This document shows positions 1-30,562 of a DNA stretch of 64,000 nt, piece after piece. The position numbers and the translations under genes are program-made. The notes below the pieces were generated by a model, which ran no database searches, was not told the DNA's origin, and saw nothing but the letters and a program-made list of their open reading frames with translations. Position 1 is the first letter of the stretch. Each line of letters opens with the position of its first letter. This stretch comes from Amoebidium appalachense (Eukaryota > Protista > Ichthyosporea): NCBI GenBank assembly GCA_963693365.1, contig CAVNZM010000009.1, forward strand, positions 6,413,671 through 6,477,670. The letters are read 5' to 3'.

Positions 1-242
1 CTTAATCCATCCCATTTTCCCCACCTGTCATTCATAACTTCCCCCTCACCTATTCCTTTCCAAACGCTCATGGCCCCCCTTCCCCCCCTCCCCCCCCTCA
101 AAAACATGTAAACACACTCGCGCGCGCGCACACACACACACACACATACACTCACACACTCATTCACTCACTCATACTCATCCCGCCCCACCCACCCACA
201 CACACACCCACCCACACACACACACAGACCCCCCCCCCCTCC

Positions 243-313
<71 letters not shown>

Positions 314-327
314 CCACACCCACTCAG

Positions 328-9973
<9,646 letters not shown>

Positions 9974-10249
9974 AATGGATGATTGAATGTTTCACGGTGT
10001 GAAAGTCGTGTGTGTGCGAGCTTTTGTCCAAATTTGTGCGTGGCTGAGGTTACCATATGTAGGTGGATTGATGGATGTGTATGTGTGCCTATGTGCGAGT
10101 CTGTAGGTATGTAATGACAGTGTATTATAATACGGGCCCGGTGAGCTGGCCCGGTGACTAATATAATTTCAATAAAGAATTTTGGAGACGAAGAACGAAT
10201 TTGGCCATGGGTATTTATTCTTCCTTAAAGAGTTTTTTTTTTTTGGGAT

Positions 10250-18240
<7,991 letters not shown>

Positions 18241-18698
18241 ATAGATCATTATGATGATATAATGATATATCACATATATATCATCGTACCATGGCACATT
18301 TTTGGGCCCATTTGAGTTTGATGCCCGGTCCTTTAAGTCCAAAAAGATGACCGTCGAGTACGGTACCAGGACAACTTCTAAACGGGGATGGAGCTATTTT
18401 AAAATACAGCTGTTTATTATTTATTTATTTAATTATATTTTAACAATTGGTGTGTACATTTGCGTAAAAATGTTTGCGTCCGGTCGTGCACAGCACTTGC
18501 CTCCCTAACGCTTAGAAAATCTTCATTCGGTTCTTATTTTTCAAATAAATCAGGTGGAAAATTTTGGAAAAGACAGCGGATTAACACAATGACAATCAAC
18601 AATCAATCAGAATATTTCAAGCACTGAAGCATATAAAAAGAGACCTCTGCACTACTTCCAAATAAGGAAACCTCCACATAAGGAAAAAAGACCTTAGA

Positions 18699-20169
18699 TT
18701 ACGCAGTCTGAGCAGGTGCCACATTAACAACAGGGGCGGCAGCGGCGGGGATTTTCTCAGTCTCGTTAGAGTCGGTAACAATAGGGACAGAGATAGTATC
18801 AATTAGAGTGTTTAAGGTGGCAATGGCGTCAGTCAGGTTGTCCTTCTTCACAGCCAGGAAGGCCACCCACTCGGGGATGCCGGTGTCGTATCCCTTAACC
18901 TTATCCCCAGCCTGCTTCGTCACCAGCGAATAAATGACGTCCGGATGGTTCTTAACGTGGTCCAGGAACCGTGTGTGCACGAGGTATCCTGTCTTGGGCG
19001 CACAGTAGCAGTAATCGGCAACGGCGCACTTGGGTTCGATGATGCGTGGGGGGTTGATGGGAATACCACACGCACTCATCACGAACTCGAGACCAAGGTT
19101 CACACCGTAGACCTCCTTGTGAAGGAGGTTTGTGCGGCCGCCACCCAGGCGGGGGTTAACCTCGATGAGCATGGGCTGGCCCACCTTAACCCCATCAACC
19201 TCGCGCATGAGCGTGTCCTTTGTGTATTTGCACTCGACATGGAAGCAGCCCTGCGTGAACCCGAGGGCCTTGACGCAGGCCACGGAGTATTCCACGAGCT
19301 CCCTCTGCTGGTCGGCCGTGTAGGTGGAGGGGGAGTTGCTGCCGGTCTCGAGGAATGTGGGCTCCATGGTGGCCCAGTTGTCGTTTGCGTTGCCGTAGAC
19401 GCACTCGCCGTCCCAAAATAGAAGGTCGACGTCAAACTCGTCCCCGTCAATGTAGTTCTCCACAAGGATACCCTCCTCGCACCCGGGGTTCCAGTTAAGG
19501 ATGATGCTCTCCTTCATGCATGAATCCGCCTTTGTGTAAGCGGCCACAAGCTCTTCGTAATTTCCGCACTTGTAAACACCGTCAGAACCAGCGCCGCTCT
19601 GAGGTTTTAGCACAACGGGGAATCCGAGCTCGCTCTCGACACGTTTAAGGTCCTCCTTCGTCTTGATACGAATCGCGCCGGGGGGTGGGGATTCCGGCGG
19701 CCCGACAGACATCGCGAGAAGCAGCCTTGTTTCGTGCGGCGACATATGCAGCCTTGGTGTTTCCCTTGAGATTCAGACGCTCGCAAAGCTCACCCACAAG
19801 TGTCTGTGCGTGCTCGTACGGGGAGAAAACGCCGTCAAACTTGATACCGATGGCCTGTGCCGCGGTCAAAATGTTGTCTGTGGCTTTGTCTTCGTCGCTC
19901 ATGTCGGCGAAAATCGCGGCGGTCTCCTTCAAATAACCTGCAGCTTCGCACTGCGAGGCAAGCGCACGACCCTTTCCGCAGTCAGAAAAGACAATGTATG
20001 GAAGGATACCCATAGGGAAAACATCCCCGAGGGTGCCCACAACGCCACCCCACGATGAGTATGTGCACGTGAGCCAGAGCAATTTGCGCCCCTTCATCGC
20101 CTGTAAACGGAGAGCCTGGGTAGCTTCGTCGGCAGCGGTGAGCTGGGAGAAATCGATGGTGGAAGGCAT
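18699..20169 (-). CDS. ATP-grasp ligase (carnosine synthase / L-amino-acid ligase-like), paralogue 1; apparent +1 frameshift near 19680-19685
   Basis: Motifs ARNKAASRDVC, GFPVVLKPQSGAGSDGV, ILVENYIDGDEFDVD, GCFHVE and LIEVNPRLGG. ORFs 19645-20202 and 18699-19745 join into one ~490-aa protein colinear with paralogue 2 if one base is removed from the G6 run, which is likely a homopolymer error. Confidence 0.85.
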
Positions 20170-23100
20170 ATTTTTTTGTTTTGTTGAAAACAAAATGTAC
20201 AAGTTACAGGGCGTTGATGTGTTTCTCCTAAACAGAATACCAGAGAATAGGGGGATACGTAGCGGGGAATTGAAGAAGTTGGTGCTGCTCAGAAGTGTGC
20301 TGTTTAGCCGCTAGAGGTCAATGATAACACACTCTTTGGGCAATACCTTAGAGAGTCGATATATGACCAGCAGAGGAATTCGACTGAAGTTGGTGTGTTT
20401 TGACTCCTGAATTGAGCTTTTGTCGTTTTTTATACCTGTGCAAGAACGTTGTGGCTATCTCAATCTGCCAATCAGCATGGAGAGAGAATTTCCGGAGAAA
20501 CCCCCCCGTCCAATCAGCAGATTGCGGGTTAGCCACACTTAGCCGTGGCCGAAAATACTATAGAATAGATAGAAAAAGGGTATACACTGTTTACTCAAGA
20601 CACAAACAAATAATATAAAAATTTAGCCAGTGTGCCAAATGTAAAGACGCTTCTCAGCAGCTGTTTTTAAAGACAAAACATGAAGGCTTCGGCTTTCAAA
20701 GCGAGTCATCAAGAAAAATTTTCTCGATGTTTATTTTCTTGGAAAAGTTTGTTTTTCGTCTATTTTCTTTACAATCGTTGTACATGTGTAAATAAGCTAC
20801 TTATATTTATCCTTCCTCTCGTAAACCTACCACACTTACCGATTTTGCAATTCTAACCCCTCCTTGTGGTATAGCTTGGAAATGTTTATTTTGGCGCTGT
20901 AACCTTTGTTTCCATAAATGTTTGTGCCACTTTTGTGCAGAACCTTTTTCTCGTAAACACTTAGATAGATGTACTTATTTATCTCAGATTATTCCGTTAG
21001 AAATTAGAAGACTGGCATATTTAGATAATCCTGATATTACGTCTATCGACTATCTGTTTTTTCTACTTTTTCTTTTGACTGGATTTATTCGACGGAAAGA
21101 TATGCAAGTATGCACGGCATACTGAGAAGACAATAAAAACTTCACGAGTTAGCCAGTAACAAGTGCATACTGAGATACCTGAACACTGTGTGAAAATCAT
21201 ATAAATACTCAATGTGACGACCAACAGAATTCAACAAAAAGTCTAAAGTGTTCACATTGCCAGCTAGTGTAGCAGATACCCGGAGGGAAAGAGGTAAAAC
21301 GCGACAAAAAATTCACACCTATCAACATGCTTGCGATTAAAAAGGTCAGCACAAAAGTGGCACCAGCGGCGATGAAAACAAGAATTACAGCGCCACTGCA
21401 CAACTTCCCAGGCAATATCAACATCAGAGCACCATACAGACTTATCTACTAGGGTGGTATCCATACGTACAGCAGGAGAAATGTATCCTGCCAAAGCTCC
21501 CAAAAAGCGATAATGATCAGTACGGTGTTGCCTAAGGAACATAACACATGCCGACTGAGTTTTACCTTTGATTTCTCTATCAGAACGAGAAAGAAACTTA
21601 TACTGCGTATGGTAATAACGCGAAAAGGCAGAAAAAACAGGAAGAGAAAAGAAGTTTTTTCTACAAAGTCGTTATCTCCTCCGTATCCGAGAGTGAGGGC
21701 TTTTGTATTTTCTTCCCCGAGATATCTGAGATATCTCGCTGGCTTCTATTTTGCTGAGCATATCAATAAAGTCCTTATAAAAAAAAATTCTTTTGACAGG
21801 ATTTTCGGACTTTTTCAAAAGGTCAGTACGTGTGCGGGAACTTCGCCCCGGCAAATGTGCACCGCAAAAACTTTTAAATAGCCTGACCTATATAGTACTG
21901 GCCCACAAAGATTTTCTTTCTAAAATTCTCTACGTGATGCTTTCAAACATTGACTGTCAAATATCAATGTGTTACTCCTTACCTATTTTTCTTTTGGTGC
22001 CCGGCTGGCTATATTTACATTCGAGGCTCACGTCCGAAAAAGCAACAGTCACCTGACGCCGGTCGGCCACGAGGTACCATGTGGTCGTGCTTTCTCAGAC
22101 GAATGATTGGTGATTGTGAACTAAGTGGGGCGCGGTAAATGCTTTTTACGGATGCTTCATCACTGTGGGGTTGCGATTAACCGCATTATCAAAAAGTCAT
22201 AATTTTTTAATTCATGAATAACTTGGCTATCAAAATAAAAATCTTATTCACTTAAATTTGCCTGCTTTATTCCTGCTGATATCGACTTTGCATGACAAAT
22301 TCTATAACCAGCAACATACTCTAAGTATATGCTGCAGGGAGCAGAAGCATTTTACCCTTCTTTGTTATGGAATTTGGTGACCGTGAGCCTGCAAACTTGG
22401 CATGGAGTTTCAAGGAATCAAGGATTACCAACTAGCTCAAGGCCCTAAACAACAATACTAATAGTTATTTAGAAGAAAACTAGTGGCGTACTTTCTAAAG
22501 CAAAAGTAATTCTCTAATATTTCAGAAAATTAAGGTCACTATTAACTTACTAAGTTTAGCTGCCTGTATCCACCAATCACATCGGAGTTGCCATGTTCTT
22601 TCTCAAGCCAATCAGATTACTGTGGCATACCTCCCCGGAAAGTCCGAATCTTGATCATGGGGCACATTCGGTCCCGATTTTGGGTATAGCCAGGGGGCAA
22701 GCCCCAAGTTCTCAACCTCTAAGCAACATAATTGTCTTAAAAAAGAATCCGGAAATTCCTAATAGCTCATTGAAGTATTATTTTTTAAACATTAGCCTTT
22801 GTAGAGCAAGAATGTTTCGTTGGACAACCCTCACATTGTAATTAGATCAGATATTGAAAAATCCTCCATCTTGCAGGGGGTACAAGCATGACCGGTTGGC
22901 TCATTTTCGAACTCCTAAAATGTTTCGGACATCGGCCACTTTTGATTCGACAAGAAAATTATCCTAAACGAAGACGTTCCTTTTTCCCACTTTTACCTTT
23001 CATCAATTAGTTAATTATCAGCTACATACTTTACCCGCTTCAGTTTTGATTGCGCTGTTTAGCGCGCTATAAAGCTGCCGAGCGCTTGCACGAGCGATCA

Positions 23101-23196
23101 CATTTCGTTCGGCTGCTTTCATCCGTTCCCGAGTGAATGGTTATCACCTCAGTTTTTCGTAGCAAACCCTTTGAGTAGCTACCAACTCCATTGAAA

Positions 23197-24645
23197 ATGT
23201 GCGACCTTCACTCAGACACCAAGGAGGCCCAGGCAGCGCGCTTTGAGCAGCTGAAGGGCAAGAATCTGCTGTGGCTCACCTGCTACTACACAGCCGAAAA
23301 CTACGATGATGTAAAACCCCTCATCCAGGGCGTTGTTGACCTTGGGGTGCAGATTAATGTTGTTGTGGGGGCCACCGAGGCAGACAAAGGTCTCGCCCAA
23401 AAAATGACCGCCGACGGCCTTGCCGCCGGTGTCGTCATCGCCGACATGTCCAATGACTCCACCGCTTGCAACAACATTTACGACGCTGCCATGGCCACAG
23501 GGATCACTTACGATGCCGTTTTTTCCCCTCACGAAGTCGTCCAAACACTCATCGGTGAGCTTTCGGAGCGCATGTCTCTCCCCGGAAACACCGCGGCAGC
23601 ATATTGCAACGCACGCGATAAGCGCATCTCTCGTCAGGTGTGCACGGAGGCCAAAATTCCTAGCCCCCGGTTCGGCCGCATCACTACCGAAGCAGACATC
23701 GAAGGCGTTGTTGAACATGTAGGCCTTCCCCTCGTTCTCAAACCGTCGGCCGGCGCGGCGTCCGAGGGGGTTTACAAGTGCAGCACACTCCAGGAGGTGC
23801 GCGCACGTTTCCTTCAGATCGAGGAGGAGGCGAAGAACAACCCGACCATGTCATGGAACCCCGGCCTCGACTGCTGCATCCTGTGTGAGGAGTACATTGA
23901 TGGGGCAGAGTTCGATGTTGATCTTCTTCTGTGGGACGGAGAGATGGTTTACGGAAACGTCATTGATAACTGGCCGACTATGGAGCCTACGTTCCTCGAA
24001 ACGGGGAGCAACTGCCCGTCTGTCTTCAGCCCCAAAATTCAAAGGCAGCTCATTGATTACTCCCTTGCGTGCGTGAAGGCGCTCGGGTTCAAGCAGGGTT
24101 GCTTCCACGTCGAGTGCAAGTATTCGATGAAGCCCAGCCGTGTGTCTGTCGACGAAGATGGCGATGTTGTTGGCCAGCCCCTTCTTATTGAGGTCAACCC
24201 CCGTATGGGCGGCGGCCGCACGCACTATTTCCACAAGAACGTTTTCGGCGTCGATTTGTTCGACAACTTCCTTATGACGGCGTGCGGTATTCCCATCAAC
24301 CCACCCAAGGTCGCCGAGCCCATTCAGTGCCTCGCCGACTACGACATCTGCGCCGAAAAGACGGGAATTCTCCTTCATAACAGGTGGCTTGATCATGTTA
24401 AGGCACACCCGCAGATGCTTCAGTGCGAGGTTTATGTCGAGCCCGGGACCAAGGTTAAGGGGGCCGATACTGGTATCCCTGAGTGGTTGGGTGTGATGAT
24501 TCTTAAGGGTAGCACACCGGAGGAGGTGGTTAGCACGCTCCACGCAATCATTGAAACTGTAAACCCACCCATTGTCCCCGAGGGAGCCGAAAAGGAGACG
24601 AAGAAGGTTGAGAACGTGGTGGAGCCTCTGGTTGTCGCTGCATAG
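23197..24645 (+). CDS. ATP-grasp ligase (carnosine synthase / L-amino-acid ligase-like), paralogue 2, intronless
   Basis: Intact 482-aa ORF from ATG 23197. Motifs ARDKRISR, GLPLVLKPSAGAASEGV, CEEYIDGAEFDVD, GCFHVE and LIEVNPRMGG. A TATA-like TATAAAG lies near 23068. Confidence 0.9.
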   Translation: MCDLHSDTKEAQAARFEQLKGKNLLWLTCYYTAENYDDVKPLIQGVVDLGVQINVVVGATEADKGLAQKMTADGLAAGVVIADMSNDSTACNNIYDAAMATGITYDAVFSPHEVVQTLIGELSERMSLPGNTAAAYCNARDKRISRQVCTEAKIPSPRFGRITTEADIEGVVEHVGLPLVLKPSAGAASEGVYKCSTLQEVRARFLQIEEEAKNNPTMSWNPGLDCCILCEEYIDGAEFDVDLLLWDGEMVYGNVIDNWPTMEPTFLETGSNCPSVFSPKIQRQLIDYSLACVKALGFKQGCFHVECKYSMKPSRVSVDEDGDVVGQPLLIEVNPRMGGGRTHYFHKNVFGVDLFDNFLMTACGIPINPPKVAEPIQCLADYDICAEKTGILLHNRWLDHVKAHPQMLQCEVYVEPGTKVKGADTGIPEWLGVMILKGSTPEEVVSTLHAIIETVNPPIVPEGAEKETKKVENVVEPLVVAA

Positions 24646-25117
24646 ACTCCACTGGGGGGGGGGGGGGGGGGGGGGGGGGGGGTCATGTAGATTTTCTTTT
24701 ATATAGTATTGTGGTTTCTTGGTAATTCTGAAAAGTAATTCGAATGTATGAGTATGGGCTGGGCCGCAATGGTGGTTTTTTGCTGCCAGTTAGTCTAAGT
24801 ATATAGCATGTGTATGAATGTATGCGCCAGTAAACTCATAGGCACACTGTTACTTATAACTCTGTTATTAAACTCCTGAGAACGTGATATAGGCCGGGAA
24901 GCCAACCGTCTGCCGTCTACTAGATGGCCCAAATAAACGGGAGATAATGTTTCATCATTTTGTCGAATCTGTTGACAGTTCTGAGTTGCCTCATTGTACT
25001 GTGTGCCACGGTGGATGCGCTCTTCTCCTTTCTGGGTGGCGAAAAATCACGCGGAAAAATCATAAGCGGGGGGAATAAATTGGCAAATTAAGGTGAACAC
25101 TCTTGAGGGTCAGTGCA

Positions 25118-25369
25118 TTCTGCGGTACAATATGAATGTACACGATTCTGCTGGTGTTCCTGATTCATTTACATGGAAACTGGCAGTGGGGTTTATTTGT
25201 ACCATTTTTATATCGTAACACAATTAGTCCCCATACGCATCGGTTCTGCAGTACAATATGAACGTACGCGATTCTGCTGGTGTTCCTGATTCATTTACAT
25301 GGAAACTGGCAGTGGGGTTTATTTGTACCATTTTTATATCGTAACACAATTAGTCCCCATACGCATCGG
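25118..25369. repeat. Tandem duplication, 2 x 126 bp
   Basis: Copies start at 25118 and 25244 and differ at only 3 positions. Confidence 0.95.
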
Positions 25370-25897
25370 CTCTTGGCCGTGCTTTATATATAGGGGGGCT
25401 GATGTTATCAGGTAGCACCAGTTTGAGTGCTAAACGTATCCATCGGGGCCCAGTCACTCAGATATATAAGTAGCGCATAAAATTAATATGGGCTGTGTGA
25501 ATGTGCTTGCGTGCAAGGTGCATGTGTAGCATAATGAAATACGTTCAATATTGATTGTTACTGGTTGACTGTTCGTCAACTATAGTATCAAGCAAAGCAT
25601 CATGCCTTGTGCATGATTAAGAAGAGGGGGGAAGGAAGGTGGGGGGGACGGTGTGTGTGTGGGGGGGAGGGGGAGGGGGAGAAGGCTGATGGGAGGGAGA
25701 GAAAGGGCCGGATGTAGGGGAGGGGATCGGGGGGGTGTGGGGGTAGGGGGGGGGGGGGGGGAGGGGGGGGGGAGAGAAACGGAGCTAAGAGAGGGAGAGC
25801 GAGAGAGAGGAGAGAGCTTCGGCAAATGAGAAAGATAAAGACTCGGAGAGAGAGAGAAAGAGAGCCTCGACAGAGAGAGAGAAAGAGAGAGAGAGAG

Positions 25898-25945
<48 letters not shown>

Positions 25946-25964
25946 ATGTGTGTGTGACGCGTGT

Positions 25965-25995
<31 letters not shown>

Positions 25996-26144
25996 GGGGG
26001 GAGGGCGTGTGTGTGTGTGTGTGCGTACGCATGCGTGTGTGGTGGCGGCAGTGGTAGTGCCGCATGTGTGTGGGAGGGTGAGTTCTTTTATGTTTGTGCT
26101 TTTGTTCCCCCCCTCTCTTTTCTTCTTTTTGTTCCTATGGGCCG

Positions 26145-26228
<84 letters not shown>

Positions 26229-26496
26229 ATCCCATAGAGAGGGGGAGGGGGCAGGGGGAGAAGGAGGGATGCCTCAGGGATGGGAGAAGAGGAAAGAAGG
26301 GAGGGGGGGGGGGGGGGACGGAGGGAGGGGGAAGGGGGGGTAGCTGGCTGGCTGGGGGGGGGAAACTATTAGAATTAGAATTATTGGATTTGAAATTTCC
26401 CGCCCCATCCCTGTTACACTCTCCCGCTAAACCCCCACCACCACCAAACAACCACGCCTCGGGGAGCTCTACCCAAGTGTGTGTGCGAGTGTAGGG

Positions 26497-26537
<41 letters not shown>

Positions 26538-27170
26538 GGGGGCTGGGGGCTGGGGGTTAACGGTTTCATTGAATCCGATTTTCATATGGTTACGACTTGC
26601 ATATGGATGAAGGGAAAAGTTGGAGAGGGGGGAGGGGGAGGGGGGAGGTGGGAGAGGGGGGGGAGGGGGGGAGATTTGGAGCAGTCCCATAACAATAGCT
26701 TTTGGCCGCAGGGTTGGGAGGGGGGCAAGGAACATGCTGTGAGGGGGGCCGGCTTGGGGGGGGGGGGGGGATGGGGTGGGACGGCGGAGGGGAGCGGGGA
26801 GGTTTGGGGGTTCAAGAAAGGTGAAATTGACTGACTGCCCCCCCTCCCCCCTCCCCCCTGCCCCCCGCGCCGAACCCCCCCTCCACCCACCCACCCACCC
26901 TCGGCACGTGCACCCCTCTGTCTCCATCTCTTCAGGACCTGGTTTCTCCCCGCTCCGGCCCTCCCTACGACCCCAGGTCCCAAAATCAAATTCCTGATGC
27001 TTGATCTTGTCAGTGGGTGCAAGATTGAATTTTTGATTTTTTGCCAAATGTTTCATATGCATGTTTCAATGATGAAGGCCAACGCTAAGGCACCTAAAAT
27101 GAAAAACTATAGGAATACGGCAAGTCGCGAGGTCTTTCTTTGGAGCGCCTGACCTGTTTTTTTTTTTTTT

Positions 27171-27215
<45 letters not shown>

Positions 27216-27299
27216 CTCTAAAATTCTTCCGCAACTCGGTTGAAACGGTTAAACTGAGGCGTGTTTGCCTGCCTGTAAGCTGTGTGTGTGTGTGCGTGT

Positions 27300-27330
<31 letters not shown>

Positions 27331-27436
27331 GGGGGATGAGAGGGGGAGAGAGGGGAGGGAGGGGAGAGGGGTTGTGAAGGAATGGGCCGGGAGGGGGGGT
27401 TGTGGGGGGGGAGTTGGGGAGGGGGGAGGGAGAGAG

Positions 27437-27471
<35 letters not shown>

Positions 27472-27811
27472 TGGCCACGGGAAAGTGTGCACTTAGGCTC
27501 TGCCGTCGGTACTGAGTTATTTGGGTAGTTTACATACGGGATCACTGAATTTTCATCCTTCTCAAAGTTTTTTTTTACTCTATTTTTAAAAGGTCTAAGA
27601 TGTGGATGCTATCAATAGTGGACCTGCTGCAAGGGAATTGCTCCGGGCTTGTAATGGGTAGGTTACGTTTTTTATTCTTGCCGAGCATGTTTTTAATATG
27701 CCAGAAACGAAGATTGACTCTCAGAGCGCGTTTCAACCCGGTCCACTTACCGAGGGACGGGTGGATGTAGCCCGGTGGGTGGGTGGGTGGGTGGTGAAGG
27801 GAAGGGGGCCG

Positions 27812-27842
<31 letters not shown>

Positions 27843-29021
27843 AGGGGTGATTCGGAAGAAGGGGTTGGGGTGGGGAGGGGATGAGGTGGGGGAGAGGGGG
27901 GGGGGGGGGGAGGGAGGGAGGGAAGGGGGGGGGGGGGGGGGGGGGGGGGGAGGGACATATGCATAATGCCGTTGGCGAGATGAGGGCTTTAGTTATTATA
28001 ATAGTCGGATATTTATGCCTCTGCGGAAGTTCTCAGTCAAGGCCTCTAAACAGGTATTCATATGTATTGGTTTCGGATTAGGCCAAGAGGATTTAGAAAC
28101 CATAACTTCTTGTCATACACAATCGAGACGTGTTTAAATGGCTTTGTGTTGAGCCTCGGAGTTGGGAGGATCTAGACCGTCTTCGACCACAGATTGGCGG
28201 TGGGTAACAGTTCTGTGCGAGGTACAAAATAGACATGGGCTGTATAGAGAAAGAAAAGGAGAAGTGTGTGAGGTGAATGGTGTACACGTGTAAATCCTAA
28301 GGGAATGTTGAGTCTAAAACTCATTGGAAATGGGGGTAATAATGATGTTGAACTTCGAGCTCTTCGAGTTACGTTTCCTCAAACGTACCCGGGCCTCTCG
28401 TTCCCCGGTCCTTCACCCCCCTCATTATGAGTAACTTACCGGGTTATTTGTGAGGAAGGAAGTGGAGGGGCCGGGGGGAGGGGGGGGGAGGAGCTGGAGG
28501 GAGGAGAGAGAGAGAGGGACTAGATCCGGGAACGAATGGCATATCTAATAGAGGCATACCACTAGGCAAACACCCACACGTCGCGGCATGCACACAACTT
28601 GAAGGGAAGGCTCGAACGGACTGGCATACACTCATAACACCGACGGTGCATACTGTCCAACCGGCATACATGTGTTCACATATGCATACCACTCACGCAC
28701 GTTCAAAAGAGCTATGAACCGACGGATTGCAGACATAAATACTCTTCCACACAAACAAGTACATGATTTGGTAGACTCTTTGATATACTCTTCTATTGTA
28801 CTGTACCGCACATTCTCGCATAGGCCTGCACACGCACACTTTGCAGCTGGCCCGCGGCGCGCCAAACAAATTCGCAAATCCAGCCCGGTACACACACAGG
28901 ATGCACAAAAAAATAAGTTTGCACATGTCACAACTTTTTTATTAAGGAGGAGACTCGATCCGTAATAGAGATACACCAACGGTGTATGTGTGTGCAAACG
29001 GGTGTGTGTGTGTGCGTGTGT

Positions 29022-29088
<67 letters not shown>

Positions 29089-29153
29089 CGCGCGTGTGTG
29101 TGCGTGGTGCGTGTTTGAGTTCATGTGTGTGTGTGTGTGTGTGTGTGAAAGTT

Positions 29154-29215
<62 letters not shown>

Positions 29216-29266
29216 TGCGTGCGTGCGTGGTGCGTGTGTGAGTTTATGTGTGTGTGCGTGTGTGAA

Positions 29267-29298
<32 letters not shown>

Positions 29299-29775
29299 TG
29301 CGTGCGTGTGCGTGTGTGTGTGTGTGTTTGTGTGTGTTTGTGCGTGCGTGTGTGCGTGTGTGTGTGTGTGGTTGTGTGTAGGGGCGAGAATAAGAACAGA
29401 AGGGTAGCCGGTGGGGTTTGGACGTGGCTAATGGGGCGGCTACAAACGTTTTATTTTCATTTTGGGATTGGGTGAGGGGGTCGGCCACCGTGAGTGGGGA
29501 GAATGGGGAGGGGAGTGAGAGGTTGGTGGTGGCTTTGTGCACATCTGCTTCTTTGCCTGATTCAGCACAATGTTTCCTATTGACACCAATTAATCAGTGA
29601 CTCAAGCTCGAGGAATAACTACAATGAAGATCTGGATCATAGGCTTGTCTATCAGTGTGTGAAGGCTCGCGCGCGTGCCACGGTACATGCATGTGTGCTT
29701 CTGGGCCACTGGGGAGAGGGGATCCGGAGGTTGGCCAAGGGGAGGGGGGGAAGGGGAGGGGGAAGGGGGGGGATC

Positions 29776-29814
<39 letters not shown>

Positions 29815-29827
29815 GGGAGGGAGGGGG

Positions 29828-29895
<68 letters not shown>

Positions 29896-29912
29896 TGAGA
29901 GAGAGAGAAAGG

Positions 29913-29968
<56 letters not shown>

Positions 29969-30562
29969 GATAGAGAGAGGGAGAGAGAGAGAGAAATAGA
30001 GATAGAGAGAGAGAGAGAGAGTGTGTGTGTGTGTGAGAGAGAGAGAGAGAAAGAGAGGGAGGGAGAGAGAGAGAGAGGGAGAGATAGAGGGGGGGGGGGG
30101 GTGCGGGGGTGCGGCGGCGGTGGTAGTGGGGAAAGGTAGGGGAAGAGGTTTACTACATTGTTACAATGTGTTGGAGCTGTGAACTCAAAAGAATGAATAA
30201 CACTTTGGTGCAAGCATGCTACCTGTAAGTTCTATAAGTTCTCAGTTCCGAAGTCTTCTCCCTTGTCTGCAAGTTGCCAACGGTTCAAATTTTCGCTCAC
30301 TTGAACATGAACGCAATCGCTGGCATGTACTCTGGCATGTGTGTGCACATTCCAATGGGTTAGCTTTTATCCAATCGCCCGATCTCATTAATAAAGCTCG
30401 ATATCATTGGGTGAGAGAACAGCAGTTAATGAGTTGTAATGAGTTCTCATTAGCCTATTGGTCGCCGCCCAGCAGCAACGGCACACAGAGATCGAAAGCG
30501 AACGGCGCGCCCTGTGTCGCTCCTTTCACCTCACGGGATTCCCGGTCGGATAGCAGGCGAAG

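Noticed and set aside
19675-19690. Programmed frameshift or pseudogenisation of ATP-grasp paralogue 1
   Set aside because: The shift lies in a G6 run in an assembly with abundant long homopolymers and both halves are intact, so a sequencing error is more likely. Short reads would confirm.
27575-27760. Minus-strand peptide SRSTIDSIHILDLL resembling a non-LTR reverse transcriptase motif
   Set aside because: Too short and degenerate, with no other RT motifs in frame. It cannot be supported without a profile search.
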